Shown here: positions 54,829-61,640 of the stretch, piece by piece | How positions within the stretch are numbered: the first letter of the stretch is position 1 | How the letters are laid out: every line of letters starts with the position of its first letter | IMG/VR virus record: IMGVR_UViG_3300035701_000003 | Source: a virus | DNA length: 64,000 nucleotides | Direction: 5' to 3' (one strand) | Position numbers and translations under genes: made by a program | The notes under the pieces: generated by a model | Told to the model about the DNA's origin: nothing | The model's input: only the letters and a program-made list of their open reading frames with translations | Database searches by the model: none

Positions 54829-55833
54829 ATGTTACTATACACTGATTCTGATTTACGAATAAAAGCCAGCAAGATTATTACTACTGGAACTGGGCGGACT
54901 TCCGAAAAGTATCCCCCAGTTCCTTTTTCCATTAACAATACCCCATTAACAGCATTTTATGTGGAAACTAGTAATACTTATCGTTTTAAATGGGGGGACC
55001 ATTATTTTAAACTTTTTGTAGATGAAGTAAAAGCTCTTCCTATTCATGAACAAATGAAGTTTTACACCGATAAAAAGGTTGAAGAAGCTCTTCAAAAACT
55101 CTTTCCGGGAAAAGAGAAAAAAATAAAAAGTACTTCTTTTTTAAAGGGAGGTCCTTTTGTTACTATGATTCAACACCCCGGTATTAAAGGAGTCTTCGTA
55201 GGTACTGTACTTAGAGTAATGAGTTTTAAAGATGATGGAGTTGTTGTTTATACGACTGATGGTATACATACAATCCCCCCTGAATTTTACAGATACTCTT
55301 CTAATGGGGAAGTTTATTCATATTTTATAAGACAAGGCTCAGGGTACGCGAAAATAATACTAGAAGAGAATATACTTCCTAAAATAGTATCTTTAAAAGG
55401 AGTAGCAGAAGATTTAGGAGTCGTTTATTATGAAGGTGGTGAAGCTCCTTTGGAATGTTGTTTTGTAGTAACACCTTCTGAAATATTAACCCATTTGAAA
55501 GAAGAAGTTAAAAAAGATTATCAAATGGATATAGGATCCACTGTAGTTCATAACCTTGGAACTAAAGGTAAAGTAACTAATTTTTTACTGGATACTCATA
55601 ATGCTTTTCTTCTAGTGCAAATAGAATCTACTCCTGGTAGTAAACCTTTAGTACGCCCTGTGAAGGAATTCAAGACTTTGAATGATTATTCCTCTTTACG
55701 TGGTAATCAATTATTAGAATACTATAAAAAGCAGATTGAAGAATTGTTAATAGTTGATAAGAATCCTAAATCTGTTGTGTGGGAGACCTTTTTTACACAA
55801 TTAAAAACATATGCGAAAGAAAAATTAAAGTAA
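54829..55833 (+). CDS. Hypothetical protein with small beta-barrel-like repeats
   Basis: 334-aa ORF with an RBS (aaggag). Confidence 0.7.
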   Translation: MLLYTDSDLRIKASKIITTGTGRTSEKYPPVPFSINNTPLTAFYVETSNTYRFKWGDHYFKLFVDEVKALPIHEQMKFYTDKKVEEALQKLFPGKEKKIKSTSFLKGGPFVTMIQHPGIKGVFVGTVLRVMSFKDDGVVVYTTDGIHTIPPEFYRYSSNGEVYSYFIRQGSGYAKIILEENILPKIVSLKGVAEDLGVVYYEGGEAPLECCFVVTPSEILTHLKEEVKKDYQMDIGSTVVHNLGTKGKVTNFLLDTHNAFLLVQIESTPGSKPLVRPVKEFKTLNDYSSLRGNQLLEYYKKQIEELLIVDKNPKSVVWETFFTQLKTYAKEKLK

Positions 55834-55844
55834 CTGTTTTTAAC

Positions 55845-55930
55845 TGTTTTTCGTTAAACTTATACTTTATACCATGTTTATCATAAAAGTTGTTTATAGA
55901 CCATTTATGCTTGAAATAAGATGTATTTTC
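55845..55930 (-). repeat. 86-bp intergenic element, inverted copy of 24009-24094
   Basis: Direct reverse-complement alignment with 24009-24094. Confidence 0.95.
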
Positions 55931-55950
55931 CATACAAGGAGATAACTATA

Positions 55951-56184
55951 ATGAACAATCCCTTAAATGAATTTATATCCGATGAAACTTATGATCTTAT
56001 AAAACCTTTTCTTGATGAAAAAGCCATACGTGATTATATTATACGACAGAAGTATAAAAGATTGAGAAGTGAGGGAATGAGAGCTTGTGACACGATTGAG
56101 AAACTGTTAGTAGATTACCCTTATTTACAATTTGATACTGTTAGAAAAATAGTAAGTACTCATACCCTTAAAAACGTCCCCTAA
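55951..56184 (+). CDS. Small HTH (Mor-like) protein resembling a conserved Ignavibacteria/Rhodothermus-type family
   Basis: MNNPL..FISDE, IRDY.IR.K.K.LR and YPYLQFDTVRKIV. The ATG at 55951 follows AAGGAG. The family link is recalled, unverified. Confidence 0.6.
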   Translation: MNNPLNEFISDETYDLIKPFLDEKAIRDYIIRQKYKRLRSEGMRACDTIEKLLVDYPYLQFDTVRKIVSTHTLKNVP

Positions 56185-56191
56185 AAAACTC

Positions 56192-56446
56192 TTGTTTGAT
56201 ATATTTGAAAGCCCCGATTTTATATTAACTCCAGATAAATGGTCCCGTACCATACATAAAAGATCCCGTGGAAAAAAAGAAATAGTATTTCTTTATAAAA
56301 AAGAAGCCTTCACAGCGATTACCTTTTATCAAACTTCTCCTTTTTATGAAGTAGTTACTTTAGAAAATAAATGTCCCTATAGATTACCATTACCCCGTAA
56401 TGTGGAAGAATTTGAGTCCGACTTACAAAGGTGTAAAGCTTCCTAA
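56192..56446 (+). CDS. Hypothetical protein
   Basis: 84-aa ORF with a TTG start. Confidence 0.5.
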   Translation: MFDIFESPDFILTPDKWSRTIHKRSRGKKEIVFLYKKEAFTAITFYQTSPFYEVVTLENKCPYRLPLPRNVEEFESDLQRCKAS

Positions 56447-56449
56447 AAT

Positions 56450-56477
56450 TTGAGTTTCCCCTTGGAAGCACTATATT
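56450..56477 (+). promoter_or_regulatory. Putative sigma70-type promoter TTGAGT-16-TATATT
   Basis: Intergenic; shares the AAGCAC-TATATTTAA-GTAG context with the site at 15669. Confidence 0.5.
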
Positions 56478-56614
56478 TAAGGTAGTAAATAAACAAAAGT
56501 AGAATATAGTTTATGTTATTATTTATTGTTCTTGAAATTACTTTATTACAACTCTTTTAATTTCATGTCAATACTATTACCGCCACTTTTTTATCATAAG
56601 TTTTAGGGGGAATT

Positions 56615-58075
56615 ATGCCAGGGCCTGCTGCTATTATTAAATATAATTGGGTTAGGAGGAAAGCATATCTACACAAAAATTTAATAGAAGAGTATCTGAG
56701 GAAGTATCCCAATTTATCTTCTAGCGAACTTTCTATTAAAATAATTACCGAAACTCCTTCTCTTGGGGTAACTCATCTTACTAACTTAACTAACATTGTT
56801 AACGCTGTTAAACGTAAAGATTTTATGATATCTTCTCCCGATGCATGTCCCGGCGAGTCTACCAACATAGGAGTAATTAGTGTTAGTGGTAATGCGGATG
56901 GTTCCCAAGAAATGAAAGGTAACTCTGATACAGAAATAAAATCCTTACAAGGGCTTTTAAAGTTTTTTAAGGTAGACCCCGAACAATGGATTGTAGAAAA
57001 ATGGGAATGTACTACTTGGCAATCCCATGTTAAATTAAGACATTATGATCAAGATAAAGAGTCTAAAATAGGTTACCATAGAATAGATGATGAACATAAG
57101 GTAATCGACTTGTATAGAGTATGGGCTAGGTTGTCTCCTAATAAGCCCGTAATAGATTTAAGATTTATAGAAAGTACTATACTAAAGAATATTAAGAAGT
57201 TCTCCCCTATTTATAAAAAGATAAAATATGAGAAATATCTTAATCCTGCTATGCAAGAAATTAATATTTTTGATTTACATTTAGGCAAAAGAGGATGGAT
57301 GCCGGAAACTGGAACGGAATACAACTTAGAAATAGCAAGGGAATTATTTTTAGTATGTTTAAAGGATTTAATAAATAAAGGGCAATACTGGCATAGAGAT
57401 CTTATTTTATTTCCTGTAGGCAACGATTTCTTTAATGCTGATAATCCCGAAAACGCTACTTCCAGCGGAAGACATATACAAGATGAAGATGAAAGGTGGA
57501 GAAAAACCTTTTCTACCGGGTTGAATTTAATAAGAGAGGCTATTGATTTATTGCAAAATATAGCTCCCGTTGAAGTACCTATTATACCCGGTAATCACGA
57601 TAGACAAAGGTCTCAATATTTAGGTTATGCTTTAGAGGGGTGGTATCATAATAATCCTAACGTAACTATAGATAATAGCCCCAAATTAAGAAAATATAAA
57701 CTATACGGAAATTGCCTAATAGGATATACCCATGGGCATGATGAGAAACTGGAAGATTTGCCTATTACTATGGCCAACGAAGTCCCAGAACTTTTTTCAA
57801 GAGCTAAATTTAAAGAATGGCATATTGGTGATAAGCACTTTAAAAAAGAAATTAAATGGTTGTCCACAGAAGAAATGAAAGGAGTTACTGTAAGAAGATT
57901 ACGAAGTCTTACAGGAACGGATGCTTGGCATTACTTGAAAGGGTATGTAGCCAACGTGAGAGCCGCGGAGTCTTTTATTTGGGATAAAACAAATGGTTTG
58001 GTATCTCAATTTTCAGTTAACTACCATGGTGAAACTGACGAGCGATTTAGGGATAGAAAAATACCTAAAAAATAA
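56615..58075 (+). CDS. Phage metallophosphoesterase with an N-terminal HTH-like domain
   Basis: DLHLG, GND.FNAD, PGNHD, THGH and H.GDKH. Confidence 0.8.
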   Translation: MPGPAAIIKYNWVRRKAYLHKNLIEEYLRKYPNLSSSELSIKIITETPSLGVTHLTNLTNIVNAVKRKDFMISSPDACPGESTNIGVISVSGNADGSQEMKGNSDTEIKSLQGLLKFFKVDPEQWIVEKWECTTWQSHVKLRHYDQDKESKIGYHRIDDEHKVIDLYRVWARLSPNKPVIDLRFIESTILKNIKKFSPIYKKIKYEKYLNPAMQEINIFDLHLGKRGWMPETGTEYNLEIARELFLVCLKDLINKGQYWHRDLILFPVGNDFFNADNPENATSSGRHIQDEDERWRKTFSTGLNLIREAIDLLQNIAPVEVPIIPGNHDRQRSQYLGYALEGWYHNNPNVTIDNSPKLRKYKLYGNCLIGYTHGHDEKLEDLPITMANEVPELFSRAKFKEWHIGDKHFKKEIKWLSTEEMKGVTVRRLRSLTGTDAWHYLKGYVANVRAAESFIWDKTNGLVSQFSVNYHGETDERFRDRKIPKK

Positions 58076-58193
58076 TACTAATTCCTTCAACTACCCCCTG
58101 CGAGAACGGAAGTATCTTTTAATTAAGATCTTCCGTTCTTCGTGTATTATACTATATAAACATAACAAAAGGAGAAGCCACTTGGGTATTAAA

Positions 58194-58382
58194 ATGGGCG
58201 GTTATATTTGTGATTCATGCCGGAAAATAATTTTACTTCCTACTGACGAATTATACGGAGCTGTAATAAAACTTATTGATAAAGGTTTTACAGTAGCTAT
58301 CTTTTGTGAAGAATGTAAAACCTTACCTATTGAACACTTACTGAAAATACAACGAAAGGAGAATATTAATGAAAATGCTTAA
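58194..58382 (+). CDS. Small zinc-finger protein
   Basis: CDSC and CEEC motifs; the start at 58194 is preferred. Confidence 0.55.
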   Translation: MGGYICDSCRKIILLPTDELYGAVIKLIDKGFTVAIFCEECKTLPIEHLLKIQRKENINENA

Positions 58383-58481
58383 ATTTTTTCGTGACTTAGG
58401 CGCCGTCATTATTTCCGCGTTACTATGGATATGTATTATTTTATTTTATAAGATATGTGGAAAAGACGAGGAAGTGGGGTT

Positions 58482-58688
58482 ATGGCTGGATTAAATGAAA
58501 CAATATTATATGCTGCTATGAAAATATTAACGGAAATAGAATATGTTGATGTTTTAAGTAAGCAGACGAAAATTATAAAACTTAGTGGTTGTGCAGGTTA
58601 TATACCTGTATTTAAAACACTGAAAGAAGCTAAGAAATATACCTTAAAAGGTACATATAAAACTATGTTAGTAAGAGTCGGGGAATAA
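58482..58688 (+). CDS. Hypothetical protein
   Basis: The ATG at 58482 follows GGGG. Confidence 0.5.
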   Translation: MAGLNETILYAAMKILTEIEYVDVLSKQTKIIKLSGCAGYIPVFKTLKEAKKYTLKGTYKTMLVRVGE

Positions 58689-58689
58689 A

Positions 58690-58965
58690 ATGAAAGATAG
58701 AATACATAAAGTATTAAAAGAGATAATATCAAAATATAGCCAAGAGGATGGTTATTTACTTAAGAGCTCCTATGATGAAGTTGTAAAGGATATTGAGATT
58801 TTTATAGCCTCCCTTGGAAAAACCCCTAGAAAGTTTTGGGTAGAGATACAATACATACCTGCTGAGAGCGAGCCCCCTGAATTTATAGAAGCCATTTTTA
58901 TCCAAAGACATAGAGAAAATCTTGATAATGTGGGTGAAGTTTTTAGAGTAATAGAGGAATTATAA
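58690..58965 (+). CDS. Hypothetical protein
   Basis: 91-aa ORF. Confidence 0.6.
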   Translation: MKDRIHKVLKEIISKYSQEDGYLLKSSYDEVVKDIEIFIASLGKTPRKFWVEIQYIPAESEPPEFIEAIFIQRHRENLDNVGEVFRVIEEL

Positions 58966-59234
58966 TGAATAAAGCTACTTGTCCTATACACGGTACTAAA
59001 TTTATGATAAGAGAGGGTACTGCTAAATGTAGCCCCTATTATTGTAACTTTCCTACTCCAAATGAGAGATTCTCCAGGTGTTTTTATCATTCTTCAGGGA
59101 GATCAAAAGTTATAGTTAAAGAAGATACAGATCATAGTAAGCCTGATGTGATGAAGGCTATATTTACAAATAGTGATAAGTTTTGGTTAAGGAAAGTACA
59201 GATAAAAAAAGCGCAAGGTTATGCTAAATTTTAA
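58965..59234 (+). CDS. Small Cys/His-rich protein
   Basis: CPIHG and C...YC motifs. Confidence 0.55.
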   Translation: MNKATCPIHGTKFMIREGTAKCSPYYCNFPTPNERFSRCFYHSSGRSKVIVKEDTDHSKPDVMKAIFTNSDKFWLRKVQIKKAQGYAKF

Positions 59235-59309
59235 TAAAGGGAAATATAAAATGAAGACAGTAAAAGAATATTTTAATGCCAATACAACATTTGTAATGGA
59301 GCAACTATT

Positions 59310-59606
59310 TTGATAGATATAAAACCAAATCTTCAAGCAGCCATTCTTCAGATAGAAGAAGCTAAAAGGATAGGTAAATGTCCTTGGTGTTGTTGTGCAA
59401 TAACAGAACAGTATGTATATGATATAATGAACCCAAATGGACTTGTAAAAGATGGTATAGTATATAGAATCGTTCACTTTCCACAAGAAACTTTCGCAGA
59501 ATCTCAAAAAAGATGGCGAGAAGAGGGTGTGATTACAGAAAAACAATATAAACGAGCTGTGTCTATCAAAGTTAAAACCCCGAAAATGAAGGGGGAAATA
59601 AAATGA
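59310..59606 (+). CDS. Hypothetical protein
   Basis: CPWCC motif. Confidence 0.5.
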   Translation: MIDIKPNLQAAILQIEEAKRIGKCPWCCCAITEQYVYDIMNPNGLVKDGIVYRIVHFPQETFAESQKRWREEGVITEKQYKRAVSIKVKTPKMKGEIK

Positions 59607-59965
59607 AAACAGAATCAAGAAAATGTAATGATAATGTCTTAGGGGACAGAGGAAACAAAATGAACTGGAAATCAATCAAAAAAAAATATCCGAAGGCATT
59701 CAAATTACTGGACAAAACTGTTGATATATTTTGGGATTGTAGATTCCTCTATGACTTCTTTGATGAGCAGGGGATAATAATACAGATTAAATTTTTCTGG
59801 AAAGCCGAGATACTAAAAAAGAAATGGTCTTATGAAATAAGTAACGATTTTGAGTATATCTATTCCTCCAACTTAAATGATAGTATTACTTATTCTAACC
59901 GCATCGAAGCAGAAGAACAAGCCTTTCTTAAAGCATTCGAAATACTGGAGGAGAAAATAAAATGA
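59603..59965 (+). CDS. Hypothetical protein (second in-frame start at 59660)
   Basis: Both starts carry the junction motif. Confidence 0.6.
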   Translation: MKTESRKCNDNVLGDRGNKMNWKSIKKKYPKAFKLLDKTVDIFWDCRFLYDFFDEQGIIIQIKFFWKAEILKKKWSYEISNDFEYIYSSNLNDSITYSNRIEAEEQAFLKAFEILEEKIK

Positions 59966-60099
59966 ATGATATTAAAAAAGATAGGCAAGGAAACAGAAAT
60001 ATATTTGCAGGGGATAAGGCAGTTTAAAGGTAAGACGGATTTGAAGTTAGTCAAAATATTTCTTGAACAAGAATTATTAAAATATAAAGGAGAAACAAA

Positions 60100-60342
60100 A
60101 TGAATGATATTAAGAAAGAACTGGCGGGTGCTTTAGCAAGAGCATATACTACTGATAGAAATTCTCACAAAGAACTTGATTCGATTTTAATTGAAGATAT
60201 GGTTACTGAGTTAATTCCTATTGTAGAACGAAAACTTAAAGAAGCAAGGATAGATGAGAATAAACAATGGTTAAAAGCAACAAAGTTAGATTATGTTACA
60301 TCGTTTAATTTTAAGAATCGTATATCAGAACTGGAGAAATAA
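60100..60342 (+). CDS. Hypothetical protein
   Basis: Start carries the junction motif. Confidence 0.65.
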   Translation: MNDIKKELAGALARAYTTDRNSHKELDSILIEDMVTELIPIVERKLKEARIDENKQWLKATKLDYVTSFNFKNRISELEK

Positions 60343-60343
60343 A

Positions 60344-60661
60344 ATGAATGAGAAAACAACTTGGCAAGATAGATTAAAAGAGAAACTAAAGTTAGCCATT
60401 TTTAAAGATAGTTGGGGTTATGAAATAATTGAGACAGATGCCGATGGATTCTTCAAGGTTCTCAATGATGGCATCTCCGAACTTCTTAAAGAACAGAGAA
60501 AGATATGTGCTAAACAATATGAACTTTATAGTTGCCTCACTAAACAATATGACCTTTATAGTTGCCTCAAAGACTCAGAAAGATATATTAAAAACAGAAT
60601 TGAAAACGCATCAGACCCTAAAGGACAACCACTATGGGCAGATACAGGAGAAATAAAATGA
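60344..60661 (+). CDS. Hypothetical protein with an internal 10-aa tandem duplication
   Basis: KQYELYSCLT-KQYDLYSCLK, encoded by a 30-bp tandem repeat at 60511-60570. Confidence 0.65.
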   Translation: MNEKTTWQDRLKEKLKLAIFKDSWGYEIIETDADGFFKVLNDGISELLKEQRKICAKQYELYSCLTKQYDLYSCLKDSERYIKNRIENASDPKGQPLWADTGEIK

Positions 60662-60879
60662 AGCTATACAAAGTTAATATTGCATATCGTTATGACCATC
60701 GAAGTTCATCTACATTCTTTGTGGTTGCAAAAGACGTAGCCAGTGCCGAAAAAATAGCAAGTGATACATTCAAAAAATATGATTATGGAGATTTTCATAT
60801 TCATAGTTTAGAGATAATCGCAGAAGAAGGACAATATTCAAAACCAGATATTTTAGTTATCGAAGGAGAAATAAAATGA
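60658..60879 (+). CDS. Hypothetical protein
   Basis: Start at 60658 carries the junction motif. Confidence 0.65.
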   Translation: MKLYKVNIAYRYDHRSSSTFFVVAKDVASAEKIASDTFKKYDYGDFHIHSLEIIAEEGQYSKPDILVIEGEIK

Positions 60880-61064
60880 ATTGGCGAGGTCGAATAAAAG
60901 ACATACCGTTTTATAGAGAACCGCAAGACAAAGACATTGTTTACCTACAAGAGACTAAATTGATGCAAGTCGTCTCTCAACTTCTTAAAGAAGTAAGAGA
61001 TGAAGAGAAGAAAAAATGGACTAAATTATTAAAACAATCTACCCCTTATAAAAAGGAGAAGTAA
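60876..61064 (+). CDS. Hypothetical protein
   Basis: Start carries the junction motif. Confidence 0.6.
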   Translation: MNWRGRIKDIPFYREPQDKDIVYLQETKLMQVVSQLLKEVRDEEKKKWTKLLKQSTPYKKEK

Positions 61065-61065
61065 A

Positions 61066-61416
61066 ATGAAGAGTAACATTATCCATATGCACAAATATAA
61101 AAAAATGTTATATCAACTAGGTGAAAATTTTAAATTGGCCCGATTAAGAAGAAAACTTACAAAAGAACAAGTGTGTGAAAGAGCCAATATAACATTGGGA
61201 ACATTAAACTTGATTGAATCAGGTTATGAAAATGTAAATTTTATAGATTATTTTAGAGTTTTGATTGTATTTGATTTAGCTGAAGATATAACAAAATTAG
61301 CAAGTGATGATGTTTTGGGAAGAAAATTACAAGATATAGAAACCTTGCAAAATGAGGTTAATGCGAAGACCATGAAGAGTTTTATAAAAACTATATTCTA
61401 TCAATATATCCAGTAG
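61066..61416 (+). CDS. XRE-family HTH protein, HipB-antitoxin-like
   Basis: LGENFKLARLRRKLT.EQV.ERA.I...TL..IESG, Y..VL..F.L and A.DD.LGRKLQD. Confidence 0.8.
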   Translation: MKSNIIHMHKYKKMLYQLGENFKLARLRRKLTKEQVCERANITLGTLNLIESGYENVNFIDYFRVLIVFDLAEDITKLASDDVLGRKLQDIETLQNEVNAKTMKSFIKTIFYQYIQ

Positions 61417-61462
61417 GACCTGTTACTATTGAATTTGCTCCAGTATAACCAGTATAACCAGT
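61406..61462 (-). pseudogene. Relic of a collagen-like G-X-Y repeat gene
   Basis: The minus strand reads TGYTGYTGANSIVTGPTGY inside a frame closed by stops on both sides. Confidence 0.5.
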
Positions 61463-61640
61463 TCTGAATTTAGAACTACTTACTGGAAACAATATTTCTC
61501 AACTCTAGAAAAAGTAACTAAGTAACATTTATACTTTTTTCGAACCTGCCTTTGAGTGACCTTTGAGTGTGAAATTTTCAAGATTCTACCTATATCTGAT
61601 GTAGTTAAAAAATTGTAATAGATAAAGGTAGAGGAAGAAT

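Larger units (their letters stand above)
59591..61068 (+). repeat. Array of short genes joined by a recurring GGAGAAAYAAAATG RBS/start junction
   Basis: Near-identical junctions end at ATGs 59603, 59660, 59962, 60100, 60344, 60658, 60876 and 61066. Confidence 0.85.

Noticed and set aside
24009-55930. The region between the repeats being currently inverted
   Set aside because: Genes inside and outside are all on the + strand, so there is no strand switch at either copy in this assembly.
59591-61068. Integron attC cassette array
   Set aside because: The junctions are 14-bp RBS/start words with no palindromic attC structure, and no integrase is visible.
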